64,000 bases of DNA, from positions 32,001 to 96,000 of the forward strand of contig JAVRCV020000039.1 in NCBI GenBank assembly GCA_034530615.2. Direction: 5' to 3'. Position 1 is the stretch's first letter. The number at the start of each line of letters is the position of its first letter. The stretch is from Aulosira sp. ZfuVER01 (lineage in GTDB: Bacteria > Cyanobacteriota > Cyanobacteriia > Cyanobacteriales > Nostocaceae). Positions 29,661-40,066 of the stretch are shown here, in pieces. The notes under the pieces were generated by a model. It was not told the origin of the DNA. It saw only the letters and a list, made by a program, of their open reading frames with translations, and did no database searches. The position numbers and the translations under genes were made by a program.

Positions 29661-30277
29661 TCATTAATGGCATTCAGCAACACTTCCGATAGGCTCATAT
29701 CTTCCATCTCTTCCATTGTAATGGTATCGCAGATATCAAATTTAGCTCCAGCACTCTGGAGTTCGTCATCTAGGACTTTGAGAAAGCGTGTAGCTTGGGC
29801 ATCTGTACCAACTTGAATGAAGGAAATAGCTAGTTCTTCATCGCGATCCATGTGGCGGGAAGCTTCAATAATGACTCTCATTACCGCTTTGCGATCGTCT
29901 GGTTCACCATCGGTAACAACTAAAATTGTTTCACCATTGGGCTTGGTTTTTTTAGCAGCTTTGCGTTGAAAGTAATCATCAGTTGCATGTTTTAATACGG
30001 CTGCTAAGTCAGTGGTTCCAGAGGGGTCATTTTCTCGAAAAATTTGTGAAACCTTAGCCGAAGTTACATTTTCATAACGCTTGAATTTTCCAGAAAATAC
30101 ATAAATAGTAATACCATCTGGGTCAAATTGTTCGCATTTGCTAGCTAGGGCTAAGGTAGATTCTTGGGCGGCTACCCATCTACTTCTACCACCTTTTTGA
30201 TCTGGGGTAGCCATGCTGCCGCTTTTATCGATAATCAAGGTGTAATCACGATTTTCTAGCATTTCTAAATTCTCCAA
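29657..30277 (-). CDS. vWA domain protein (third of three)
   Basis: RDYTLIIDKSGSM MIDAS, GTTDL, VVTDGEP. Confidence 0.92.
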   Translation of the reverse strand: MENLEMLENRDYTLIIDKSGSMATPDQKGGRSRWVAAQESTLALASKCEQFDPDGITIYVFSGKFKRYENVTSAKVSQIFRENDPSGTTDLAAVLKHATDDYFQRKAAKKTKPNGETILVVTDGEPDDRKAVMRVIIEASRHMDRDEELAISFIQVGTDAQATRFLKVLDDELQSAGAKFDICDTITMEEMEDMSLSEVLLNAIND

Positions 30278-30306
30278 GTATTTAATAACAACTTCTAAAC
30301 TCTTAA

Positions 30307-30912
30307 TTAGTCAGTTATCGCCTTGATTAATACATCGGTAAGGCTCATCTCTTCTAATTGATCTAAAGTTATAGTGTCACAAATATCAAATTTAGCCCCA
30401 ACACTTTGCAATTCATCATCGATAGCATGAAGAAACTTTGTAGCTTTGGTATCTGCACCTACTTGAATCAGAGAAATTCTTAATTCTTGGGGGTTATCTA
30501 AACGCTGAGTAGCATTGATAATGACTTCATATACTGCTTGGCGATCGCCTGGCGCACCATCAGTGACAACTAAAATTACTTCTCCTGCTGACTTGGTTTT
30601 GCCATCTGCTTTGCGTTTAAAGTAGTTATTAATTGCGTCTTGCAGTACACCTGCTAAGTTAGTTGTATCTCCTGGTATATTTTCTGTGAAAATTTGCTTG
30701 ATTTGATCTACACTGACATTATCGTAACGCTTAAATCCTTTAGCAAACAGATAAATCGTGATTCCATCGAGGTCAAATTCTTCGCATCTAGCAGCTAAAG
30801 CAAATGTCGATTCTTGTAGTGCTGTCCATCTACTTCTACCATCCCTTTGATCTGTAGTACCCATGCTGGCACTTTGATCGATAATTAAGGTGTAATCCCG
30901 ATTTTCTAGCAT
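30307..30912 (-). CDS. vWA domain protein (second of three, most diverged)
   Basis: IDQSASM, DTTNL, VVTDGAP. Confidence 0.9.
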   Translation of the reverse strand: MLENRDYTLIIDQSASMGTTDQRDGRSRWTALQESTFALAARCEEFDLDGITIYLFAKGFKRYDNVSVDQIKQIFTENIPGDTTNLAGVLQDAINNYFKRKADGKTKSAGEVILVVTDGAPGDRQAVYEVIINATQRLDNPQELRISLIQVGADTKATKFLHAIDDELQSVGAKFDICDTITLDQLEEMSLTDVLIKAITD

Positions 30913-30972
30913 TGCTAATTCCTCAAAACTTGCTCATAATTAATTAGATAAAACTAACAGACTTAGTGAAGA

Positions 30973-31578
30973 TCAGTCAGTGATTGCATTCATCAAGACA
31001 TCTGCAAGGCTCATTTCTTCTAAGTCGTCTAAAGTCACAGTATCGCAGATATCAAATTTAGCGCCTACACTTTGTAACTGATCGTCTAAAGCTTTGAGAA
31101 ACTTAGTAGCCTGGGGATCGGAACCAACCTGAATAATGGAAACGCCTAATTCTTCATCTCGATCCATTTGGCGGGTAGCATGGATAATGACTTCAAAGAC
31201 GGCTTTGCGATCATCTGGTTCGCCATCGGTGATTACTAAAATTGTCTCGCCATTGGTTTTGGTTTTACCCGCTGCTTTCCGCTTAAAGTAATTATTGAGT
31301 GCGTCTTGGAGTACACCTGCTAAGTTGGTTGTACCAGCAGGATCGTTTTCTTGGAAAATCTGCGCAACTTTAGCTGATGTTACATCGTCGTAGCGTTTAA
31401 ATCTCCCAGAAAATACGTAGACTGTAATCCCATCAGGATCGAATTGTTCGCACTTTCTTGCCAACGCCAGAGTGGATTCTTGGGCTATATCCCATCTAGT
31501 TCTCCCACCGGCTTGGTCAGGAGTGGACATACTACCACTCTTGTCAATAATTAATGTATAGTCACGGTCACTCATCAT
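30973..31578 (-). CDS. vWA domain protein (first of three)
   Basis: IDKSGSM, GTTNL, VITDGEP; start at ATG 31578 by alignment with the paralogues. Confidence 0.92.
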   Translation of the reverse strand: MMSDRDYTLIIDKSGSMSTPDQAGGRTRWDIAQESTLALARKCEQFDPDGITVYVFSGRFKRYDDVTSAKVAQIFQENDPAGTTNLAGVLQDALNNYFKRKAAGKTKTNGETILVITDGEPDDRKAVFEVIIHATRQMDRDEELGVSIIQVGSDPQATKFLKALDDQLQSVGAKFDICDTVTLDDLEEMSLADVLMNAITD

Positions 31579-31733
31579 AGTATTCCTTTGATTGTTACCC
31601 TGTGGTTCTAGTCTAACCACCGGAATCGACGTTGATATAGGTATTCTCACCCTTATTGTGATAACTGCTACTGATTTGCTACTCAAATCAACTTATTTTA
31701 ATACCGTTTTCAGTATTTGATCTGCTGTTGCAA

Positions 31734-32351
31734 TTATGAAGTAGTATTAAAAATTTGTTGTGCGGTCAGGTTGAGTTCTGGGAATGCAGTAGATATAATC
31801 CGGTCATCCCCCCTAAATTGAGTAACCTGATATTCGTCATCAACTAGTTTATAAATTGATAAAGTTGGTTTTTTGGGGCTACCTATATATTTAATCCCAC
31901 CTAATCCAAGGTAATCTACAATCCAATATTCAGGTATTTTAATCTCTTCATACTCACCCATTTTTTTATAATAATCATCGCGCCAGTTAGTACTAACTAC
32001 TTCAACTATTAAAGGAATAGAAGTACCACGTTGAACAGTAGAATATTTAGCCCAAAGTTCTTCTGATTTTAAAGCAGGCTTATTGAGAACTAATATGTCT
32101 GGAGAATAAGTGGATTGGCTAATTGCAGATTGTACCAGCGCAGTTTTGGGAACTGAGTAAGGCAACTTTAAGCGTTTGATTTCTGAAGATATTTCAATAT
32201 TTAAAAATCCCGTAACATCTTCATGCTCTCCTGTTGGCTGTGACATTTCAACTATTGCCCCATCATGTAGCTCGTAACGTTTATTTGAATTTTCTGGAAT
32301 CCATTCCAAAAATTCTTTAACTGTTATTGGTTTAAATAATGCTTGACTCAT
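31734..32351 (-). CDS. Uma2 (DUF820) family endonuclease-fold protein
   Basis: YELHDG.IVEM..P...H, PDI, LIVEVVSTNWRDDY..K..EY...IPEYWIVD. Confidence 0.92.
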   Translation of the reverse strand: MSQALFKPITVKEFLEWIPENSNKRYELHDGAIVEMSQPTGEHEDVTGFLNIEISSEIKRLKLPYSVPKTALVQSAISQSTYSPDILVLNKPALKSEELWAKYSTVQRGTSIPLIVEVVSTNWRDDYYKKMGEYEEIKIPEYWIVDYLGLGGIKYIGSPKKPTLSIYKLVDDEYQVTQFRGDDRIISTAFPELNLTAQQIFNTTS

Positions 32352-32512
32352 ACCTTTTAATCATCTCTTGCAAAAATAGATTTAATATCGTGTTCGCTGA
32401 AAGACTTATCATTAAGGCCGCAGAAGAGCAGAGAGAGAAAGGGTTTTGACGTTTTTGCACAGATGGGGGAATTATAACTAAATTATCCGAACTGGATATC
32501 AGAGGAAAAAAT

Positions 32513-32548
32513 AAATTTAGAGACATTGCAGGCAACGTCTCTAAAATT
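32513..32548. repeat. REP-like palindrome TAGAGAC(A)TTGC..GCAACGTCTCTA
   Basis: aaatttagagacattgcaggcaacgtctctaaaatt. Confidence 0.6.
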
Positions 32549-32576
32549 CAAAAGTTGGTATAGCCTTTAAATATAG

Positions 32577-33314
32577 TTAATGGTGACTTTTAAGAACTCC
32601 GAGTTCTTGCTGTATGGGCAACACATCTAAAATATCGGTTTGAGAACAATATTTTAGATCTTCATAGCATTCCAGTCGCAACAAACGTTTGCCGTGACTG
32701 GCTTGGTGTAAAAGTCCTAACAAGTTATCTTGCCATTGAGTGTACAGTGCGATCGCACTAATCACTTCATCATTGCCAGCAATTTCTGCTGCTGATAGTT
32801 GAGTATGTTGCAAAATACTATGAGCGATCGCACCTGCACATACTGTATCTTCGAGAGAAAAACTACCTTCCCAACCAGAACCAACAATCCAGACGGTTTC
32901 CGGTTGCTTTTCTAGGAGAAAGTTAACTACCGCAGCACGGTTGATCAAGGCTGCTGCTAGTACAGTGGGGGCATCTTGTACCCGTTGTAAGGCACGAGTG
33001 CCATTAGTGGTACTGATAAATAAGCGCCGTCCTTGTACCAGTTCTGGGGTGCAATCAAGGGGCGAATTACCCAAGTCAAAGCCAGCTACTTTTGAGCCAC
33101 CGCGTTCTCCAGCTCGCAGCCGTTTAACGGGAGACCATTTGTCGCTAACTTCTATGAGTCGATCTAAGTCGCTGAACACTTGTACAGCTTCGCCCCCAGC
33201 TGCCAAAACCGTCGCCATTGTGCTAGTAGCACGCAGAACATCGACTGCGATCGCACATTCTGGGGCTTCATCCGTTGGAGTCAATTCCGGGGTATGGTAT
33301 ACGAATAGCTTCAC
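32577..33314 (-). CDS. comB: 2-phosphosulfolactate phosphatase family protein
   Basis: [36 protein letters not shown]. Confidence 0.9.
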   Translation of the reverse strand: MKLFVYHTPELTPTDEAPECAIAVDVLRATSTMATVLAAGGEAVQVFSDLDRLIEVSDKWSPVKRLRAGERGGSKVAGFDLGNSPLDCTPELVQGRRLFISTTNGTRALQRVQDAPTVLAAALINRAAVVNFLLEKQPETVWIVGSGWEGSFSLEDTVCAGAIAHSILQHTQLSAAEIAGNDEVISAIALYTQWQDNLLGLLHQASHGKRLLRLECYEDLKYCSQTDILDVLPIQQELGVLKSHH

Positions 33315-33450
33315 GTTTTAGATAAGCCTGATCTAATGCTGCCGAGAAACATTCTAACCAGTTGATGTCATTTAAAGTAAGTAAGAATTCTCAAGGGTTA
33401 TGAATGAGAATGCTCTATGATCGCTCTCTGACGCAGAGATTGATGTGGAA

Positions 33451-33537
33451 TTGGGCATGGGGCATGGGGCATTGGGCAACATTAGTTATTTCCCCCTTGT
33501 CTTCCTTGTCCCCCTTGTCCCCCTTGTCCCCCTTGCT
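33451..33537. repeat. STRR heptamer (TGGGGCA) and nonamer (TCCCCCTTG) arrays
   Basis: ttgggcatggggcatggggcattggg ... (tcccccttg)x~5. Confidence 0.85.
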
Positions 33538-33570
33538 GCCTAGTTGTATGAATCTTAAAGTGAAACAGTA

Positions 33571-35790
33571 TTACACTTTGGGGGCATCTTTGACATCATT
33601 AGCGATCGCGCCAATTAAATTCAACTTGCTTAAAATGTCTCTGGCTTGAATTAGTTCGCTTTGGGTAATCTGTCCAATTCGCCCTACTAGTACAATCCCA
33701 TTACATAAGGATGCGACAATTCTGGCATCAACTGTATCTAAAATTGCCGGAGTATCTATGATTACTAAATCGTAGGTTTCCTCAAACAGTTCAATTAGCT
33801 CTTTCATCCGCGCCGAACTCAGTAGCTTGACTGTATCTTCTGGTGTCGGGCCAGCAGTTAATACGTCAATGTCTGGATGAATGGGTTGGATGTAATCTGC
33901 TACTGGGGTATTGCTTTCTTCGACTAATAACAGAGATAAACCCCAGTCATTGGAAAGTTCCAAGATTTTGTGCAAACTGGGATGCTGCAAATTAGCATCA
34001 ATCACTAATACCCGGCGGTGCATGTGCGCAGCACTAGCCGCAAGTCCTAACGACAAGGTGGTTTTTCCTTCACCAGCTAGTGTTGAAGTCAACATTAGCG
34101 ATTTAAAAGGTAGAGGATACTTTAATATTTGAATATTTTGGTAGACCATATCCAAATTTTCGTGATATGGCAACCTAGGGCTAGTTTCTACTAAAGGAGT
34201 TAGTGTTTGCTGCTGATTCCTAGCCAGCCTAAAAAGCCGCTTTCTCAAACCACCTTCGGTAAGATTTGGCACAGTTCCCAATAGTCGCAAATTTGTCAGT
34301 CTTTGGAATTGTCTTGCCGAATAAATGACATCATGAAACAGTTCCCAAATTAGGGCTGCCATAATACCTAAAATCGGCCCAATAATTAATCCTCCACCTA
34401 ACAGAAATGTTCTGCCACTACCTAGATACATTCCCTTATCTGGTGCTTCTAATACTTGCCAATCAAACCCTCCTTGAGCAATTTTTAGCCCTAAAGACTG
34501 TTGCGCTTGCAGCAGTTGTTCGAGTGTTTTACGATTGGTTTCTACCTCTGGCAATAGACGATTATACTCAGCAATGAGGCGGGGATATTTGCTAAGTTCA
34601 GTGCGCAGTCGCTGTTCGGATTCAACTAAACTTTTTTCATTAGCCAGAAGTCCTAAAGAAGTTGTTTGGACTTGAATTACCTCTTCTACTAGCTTTAAGT
34701 CAACCCCTACCATTTGCCCTTGAGTTAATAGCGGTTGCTGAGGATTTACGGTATTTGTAATTTTATCTCCTAAGGATCTTCCCGCTTCTTGTCGGAGTAA
34801 CGCCACTTGACTCTGGCGTTGCTGCTTGAGATTTTGTATCTTTGGAGAACTATCTGTATACCGTAGCCGTTCTTCTGCTAAAGCTAGTTCAGTCTTTTGA
34901 ATTTCATTGAGTAGCGTTTGGTAGCGAGTTGATTGACTCAAACGCGAAGAAACTACGGCGTTTTGGGCTGAAGATGCCATTTTTCGCTCTAAGTTGGCTT
35001 GGCGAGCGCGGATGTCTTGAAGTTGAGCGCGAGTAGTTTCTAACTGTTTTTGAATATCCGCCAAAGATTCTAAGAGAATTTTGCTTTGTACTTCTGGGTC
35101 AAGTAAATTATGTTTCTTACGGAATTCTTCTAAATTTTTTTCCGATTGACTAACTTCTTTTTTGATTTCTGGTAAGCGAGCATTCACAAAAGAAAGTCCT
35201 TTATGTAAACGCTCGTTTTGTTGTTCTATGTTGTAGTTTTGATAAACAGTTTGTAGCGCTTGCAGTACTCTTTGTGCTTTGACTGGATCTTTATCTTTGA
35301 AGGAAACCTCAAATACTTGACTGGGTACTTTATTAATTCCCGTTCCACCTTCTATTTGAGTTACATCTAGAGGTGATTTTTGTCCCCTTTGTTTTTTTCC
35401 TTTGATATCTTCTAGGGTTATATTTGGATAATTAGGACGGAGCAAATCTACAGCTTTTTGGAGTAACTTAGAACTCAGCATCAGTTTTAACTGAGCTGTA
35501 TAGTCCACAACTTGAAAGTTAGGATCTGTAAACTCACTATCTGTGCCTCCCTGAACATTAGTTGAGCGTACTCCTTCATATAAATTGGAACTTACCAGTA
35601 TCTGCATTGAGCTTTGGTAACTCGGTTTAGCAAAGATAGCCAAAAGGCTGGCAACTGACATCACTACACAGGAAATACCCAATATAAGATAACGCCTGTG
35701 AAACAGAATTGTAGTGAGTTGTTTGATATCAACGGCGCTTTGTGGAGAGTTATTGACCATTTGCCCTTGATTTAGACTAGTGTTAGTCAC
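33571..35790 (-). CDS. Wzc/GumC-like polysaccharide co-polymerase with BY-kinase domain
   Basis: N-terminal TM, long coiled coil, second TM, GEGKTT Walker A, VIDANL, IIDTP. Confidence 0.9.
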   Translation of the reverse strand: MTNTSLNQGQMVNNSPQSAVDIKQLTTILFHRRYLILGISCVVMSVASLLAIFAKPSYQSSMQILVSSNLYEGVRSTNVQGGTDSEFTDPNFQVVDYTAQLKLMLSSKLLQKAVDLLRPNYPNITLEDIKGKKQRGQKSPLDVTQIEGGTGINKVPSQVFEVSFKDKDPVKAQRVLQALQTVYQNYNIEQQNERLHKGLSFVNARLPEIKKEVSQSEKNLEEFRKKHNLLDPEVQSKILLESLADIQKQLETTRAQLQDIRARQANLERKMASSAQNAVVSSRLSQSTRYQTLLNEIQKTELALAEERLRYTDSSPKIQNLKQQRQSQVALLRQEAGRSLGDKITNTVNPQQPLLTQGQMVGVDLKLVEEVIQVQTTSLGLLANEKSLVESEQRLRTELSKYPRLIAEYNRLLPEVETNRKTLEQLLQAQQSLGLKIAQGGFDWQVLEAPDKGMYLGSGRTFLLGGGLIIGPILGIMAALIWELFHDVIYSARQFQRLTNLRLLGTVPNLTEGGLRKRLFRLARNQQQTLTPLVETSPRLPYHENLDMVYQNIQILKYPLPFKSLMLTSTLAGEGKTTLSLGLAASAAHMHRRVLVIDANLQHPSLHKILELSNDWGLSLLLVEESNTPVADYIQPIHPDIDVLTAGPTPEDTVKLLSSARMKELIELFEETYDLVIIDTPAILDTVDARIVASLCNGIVLVGRIGQITQSELIQARDILSKLNLIGAIANDVKDAPKV

Positions 35791-36094
35791 TATAAAATCC
35801 TCTAATCGTGAAATAATAAATCAGGAAGATTTGGAGAAAATCTCTTTGAGGTGAATTTTGATTAAACTATAGACGCCATTTTAGTCTAAAGGATTCCTAG
35901 CGCAAACAAATAAATGATTTTCAAGGATTACACTGAGACTAATTATAATTGATGTTTTCTATCTAACTAAAGTCAAAAGAACTTGATAAAAATATCATGC
36001 TGTAATTGATACAAAGATTCTATGTAAAAATCTGCATACCGAACAGATTAACAATTGTTATTAGCTAAAATATTAGCAAGCAAATAAAAAGCAA

Positions 36095-37027
36095 TTAGCT
36101 GGTTTTTAATAATCGAAAATAACTCTTGTGAAGGATTTGTTTAATTTTTCGTTTTAGTCTATATATCAAACTCAAATGAAACTGAGTTTGCTGTGTAAAT
36201 TTATCAGCCTGTGCATCACGAATCATAAACTCTGGATGTTGAAGAGGAAATTCCATTGCTTGAGCAGGATGATTGGCAAAAGGGCTGTAAATATCTTTTG
36301 TATTAGCAGCTCCTGTACTAAAGCCAATGTTAGAAACTAAGTTGACATTGGGCAAAATATTTAAACCATTTTGCAGCCAAGATGTCAAAGTCCAAGGATA
36401 ATCCCAAGTATTAATCTTGCCTTCATAGCAAGTTTGAAAAATTTCAGTCCAGTAGCGAACAGCAGTTGAATCATTAAGTATATCTTGTAGCCAGTTATTA
36501 TTTTTGATGGCTACCCATTGTTTCATATCTAAATCATACTGTTGCCATGCTCTGCGCCAAGTTGCCCATCCCCAAATCAGGGGATAACGAGAAAAGTAAT
36601 AGCTATCTTCGGTACGTCGGCGACCAAACTGAAAATTATTGCCGGAGATTGTCATGATGCGTTGGTCGTGGCGATATTTATCTAATAATTCCTCACAATA
36701 GGCAAAAAATGTCGGATGTGGTAAGCAATCATCTTCGAGAATAATGGCTTCTTCTACTTGCTGAAATACCCAGTTTAGCCCTGTTGCTATACGTATCTTT
36801 GCTCCTAAATTTTTCTCAGCATAGTTTTTTAGTATTTTGCAATCCCAATCAACTTGCTCAATAATTTTTCGCGTAGCAGCACACTGTTCTACATCATCAG
36901 GGAAATCTGAGCGATAGCCATCAGCAATTACTAATAGTTTGGCAGGTTTAACTTGACGAATTACCTCAAATACTTTGGCTGTAATATCTGGTCTATTAAA
37001 GATGATAAAAACAACAGTAGTATTCAT
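36095..37027 (-). CDS. GT-A nucleotide-diphospho-sugar transferase (HlpA-like)
   Basis: IFNRP, ADG, IILEDDCLP, WGWATWRRAW, NLVSNIGF. Confidence 0.88.
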   Translation of the reverse strand: MNTTVVFIIFNRPDITAKVFEVIRQVKPAKLLVIADGYRSDFPDDVEQCAATRKIIEQVDWDCKILKNYAEKNLGAKIRIATGLNWVFQQVEEAIILEDDCLPHPTFFAYCEELLDKYRHDQRIMTISGNNFQFGRRRTEDSYYFSRYPLIWGWATWRRAWQQYDLDMKQWVAIKNNNWLQDILNDSTAVRYWTEIFQTCYEGKINTWDYPWTLTSWLQNGLNILPNVNLVSNIGFSTGAANTKDIYSPFANHPAQAMEFPLQHPEFMIRDAQADKFTQQTQFHLSLIYRLKRKIKQILHKSYFRLLKTS

Positions 37028-37117
37028 AATTTATGTTGGTAATAAAATATTTACAGGATGTGCATTGCCCACAATATTTGAGTTTTAATAATGCCTAACC
37101 TACTGGTAAACAATAAA

Positions 37118-38029
37118 TTAACTGAAAAATAGCAGTTTTTTTTTGACTAAACTTTTCAGATGAGATATCAAACTGAGATGAAACTGAGTTTGCTGTGTAA
37201 ATTTATCAGCCTGTGCATCACGAATCATAAACTCTGGATGTTTGATTGGAAATTCCATTGCTTGAGTAGGATGATTAGCAAAGGGGCTATAAATATCTCT
37301 GGTATTAGCGGCTTCGGTACTAAAGCCAATGTTAGAAACTAAGTTGATATTTGGCAGAATAGTTAAACCATTTTGTAGCCAAGATGTCAAAGTCCAGAGA
37401 AAAGCCCAAGAATCAATATTGCCTTGATAACAATTTTGAAAAATTTTTTGCCAGTAACGAACGGCGGTGGCATCATCAAGGATATCTTGTAGCCAGTTAT
37501 CATCTCTGATGGCTAGCCAATGCTGCATTTCGATATCATACTGTTGCCATGCCCTGCGCCAAGTTGCCCATCCCCAAATTAGTGGATAACGAGAAAAGTA
37601 ATAGCTATACTCTGTACGCCGACGACCAAACTGAAAATTATTGCCGGAAATTGTCATGATGCGTTGATCGTGGCGATATTTATCTAATAATTCCTCACAA
37701 TAGGCAAAAAATGTTGGATGTGGTAAACAATCATCTTCAAGAATAATTGCTTCTTCTACTTGCTGAAATACCCAATTGAGTCCTGTTACTATCCGCTGTT
37801 TACAGCCAAGATTGATATCAGAAGAGTTTTTAATTACTTGACAGTTCCAATCAATTTTATCCAAGATTTTATTGGCAGCAGCGCACTTCTCAACATCTTG
37901 TGGATATTGCTGACGCGGGCCATCAGCAATTACTAACAGCTTAGGAGGTTTAACTTGACGAATGACCTCAAATACTTTTGCTGTGGTGTCTGGTTTATTA
38001 AAGATGATGAAGGCGACAGCAGTATTCAT
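37118..38029 (-). CDS. GT-A nucleotide-diphospho-sugar transferase (HlpA-like), tandem paralogue
   Basis: Same motifs; long near-identical stretches with 36095..37027. Confidence 0.88.
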   Translation of the reverse strand: MNTAVAFIIFNKPDTTAKVFEVIRQVKPPKLLVIADGPRQQYPQDVEKCAAANKILDKIDWNCQVIKNSSDINLGCKQRIVTGLNWVFQQVEEAIILEDDCLPHPTFFAYCEELLDKYRHDQRIMTISGNNFQFGRRRTEYSYYFSRYPLIWGWATWRRAWQQYDIEMQHWLAIRDDNWLQDILDDATAVRYWQKIFQNCYQGNIDSWAFLWTLTSWLQNGLTILPNINLVSNIGFSTEAANTRDIYSPFANHPTQAMEFPIKHPEFMIRDAQADKFTQQTQFHLSLISHLKSLVKKKLLFFS

Positions 38030-38154
38030 AACTACATTTTCAAATCTATGTGATTCATAAAAACATTAGATTTCCTGAATATGAGTTAAAAATTGCAAAG
38101 GGAATGGGGAATAAGGAAATTAATTCCGCACCAGCGGATTCATTTGTAGGATGA

Positions 38155-40029
38155 TTAATTTTGAATTTTGAATTTCTCGGAAGAAGGTTGACCTAACTCA
38201 TATTGCATTTGGTGATATTGCCAGAACTTACCACGCTGTTGCAAAAGTTCTTGGTATCCTCCCTGTTCTACGATGTGTCCTTGTTCGAGTACGATAATTT
38301 TGTCGGCTCTAAAAATAGTAGATAGCCGATGAGCGATCGCAATTACTGTTCTACCCACTGCTAGCTTTTCCAGGGAATCCTGAATTAAGCGTTCGGAAAC
38401 CGAGTCGAGGGCAGAAGTGGCTTCATCGAGAATCAAAATTTCTGGGTTGCGTAACAAGGCGCGGGCTATAGCAATGCGTTGGCGTTGTCCGCCAGATAAA
38501 CGAATTCCGCGATCGCCTAGTTTGGTATTAAATCCTTGGGGTAACTCTAAAATAAATTCCAGCGCATTCGCTTGTCTAGCAGCTTCTTTGATTTCCGCAT
38601 CGTCCACACCTTCTAAGCCATAGGCAATATTGTTGTGTACGGTTGTATTGAAAATAAACGTATCTTGGCTGACTACCGCCATGCGCGATCGCAGTGATTT
38701 TAGCTGAAATTGCCGCAAGTCTATGCCATCAACCAAAATTTTGCCTGCTGTGGGATCGTAGAAGCGCATCAGCAAGTCTGCTAAGGTTGTCTTACCAGAA
38801 CCAGAAGCCCCCACCAGTGCTACCATCTGATTGCGTTCGATGCTGAGGTTGATATCCTCTAATACTAACTTGCGATCGTCGTAGCTAAAATCTACACCCA
38901 TAAATTCAAGCGATCGCTTTAAGCCAGAAAACTCACGTTCTCCATCTGGCATATAAGTTTTATTATCATTTCTTAAAAGTTCGTGGACACTTATTATTGA
39001 GCCGTAATAAGTAGCAATTAAGCCCCAGGAACTGTTCATGTGCGAAATGATCGGTAGCAGGCGGAATAAAGCAAACAGAAAAGCTAGTAACAGCACTACA
39101 TGGAGTTTACCGCTAGCGACGAGGGTAGTAACTGCTACCAGAATTATGGCAATTAAAATTGTGGTGGCGATCGCTTCAATTAATGGTTGAACAACTCCAC
39201 CAATTGAATTCATTTTCATCCAAGCTTTGACAACTTGCCCAGCCACTTTGTAAAAACGTCTACGTTCAAAATCTTGAGTCCAAAATGCCTGCACAGTGCG
39301 CACACCACCCACAAATTCTACAGCCGTGGATGCTAACTCACTAGCAGCAGTTGTCATTTCCACGCTAGCTGCGCGTACTCGCCGGATCAAATTTGATGCG
39401 CCTGCTGCGAGTAAACTAAATAAAATGATTGTGGCTAGGGTCAATTGCCAAGAAATCACAAACATGGCAATAGTGTATGCCAAAATAATGCAGCTTTTGC
39501 TAACAAAATTAATTACTTCATTGAAAACATAACTAATTTCATTCACCTCAGTAGCAAAAGTGTGAAAAAGTTCTCCAGAACGCTTTTGTGTGTAGTAACT
39601 TAAGCTGAGATTTTGCAACTGTGCAAAAATTTGTTTGCGCAGATTATCTATTAAACGCACTTCACAGTATTTTGCGCTATAACGTCCTAGGTAGCTGAAA
39701 ATAGCACGCGCCCAAACATTTACTAAAATTAATCCTGATATGCGATATATTCGCTCAGATGCAGTAGCTTTCGTCCCTAAAACCCCAATATCTAACCAAT
39801 CAATTCCTGTATGTAGCGGTGGCTGGTTACTATTTGTTAAACTTTGTAATAAAAATGCCACCAAACCTATTCCAGTAGCTTCTAGAAATGCTCCTATCAA
39901 GGTGAGTAATATTGCTGTAGAAGCAATACCCCTCAATGGCTTAAACGACTTGATAATTAGATAGTTTTCCTGCCAGAATTTGGTTTTGACTATTAGTTTA
40001 CGGATGGGTTTAGGTAGCTCAATTTGCAT
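38155..40029 (-). CDS. HepA-like ABC transporter (TMD plus NBD)
   Basis: FWQENYLI N-terminus typical of cyanobacterial HepA-family exporters; [31 protein letters not shown]. Confidence 0.85.
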   Translation of the reverse strand: MQIELPKPIRKLIVKTKFWQENYLIIKSFKPLRGIASTAILLTLIGAFLEATGIGLVAFLLQSLTNSNQPPLHTGIDWLDIGVLGTKATASERIYRISGLILVNVWARAIFSYLGRYSAKYCEVRLIDNLRKQIFAQLQNLSLSYYTQKRSGELFHTFATEVNEISYVFNEVINFVSKSCIILAYTIAMFVISWQLTLATIILFSLLAAGASNLIRRVRAASVEMTTAASELASTAVEFVGGVRTVQAFWTQDFERRRFYKVAGQVVKAWMKMNSIGGVVQPLIEAIATTILIAIILVAVTTLVASGKLHVVLLLAFLFALFRLLPIISHMNSSWGLIATYYGSIISVHELLRNDNKTYMPDGEREFSGLKRSLEFMGVDFSYDDRKLVLEDINLSIERNQMVALVGASGSGKTTLADLLMRFYDPTAGKILVDGIDLRQFQLKSLRSRMAVVSQDTFIFNTTVHNNIAYGLEGVDDAEIKEAARQANALEFILELPQGFNTKLGDRGIRLSGGQRQRIAIARALLRNPEILILDEATSALDSVSERLIQDSLEKLAVGRTVIAIAHRLSTIFRADKIIVLEQGHIVEQGGYQELLQQRGKFWQYHQMQYELGQPSSEKFKIQN

Positions 40030-40066
40030 AAATAGTTTTAGGTTGCGGTTTTATTAATTAAATCGT

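Noticed and set aside
30973..31686. N-terminal extensions in the ORF track (also 43262, 46553, 48667, 17896, 60972, 54537)
   Set aside because: Paralogue alignment, family start patterns or overlap with repeats favour the downstream starts
33404..33649. 81-aa ORF (also 55977-56168 and 22716-22961)
   Set aside because: Translations of STRR or dispersed repeats (WAWGMGHW, SPLSPL, VWGVWG); no protein-like content
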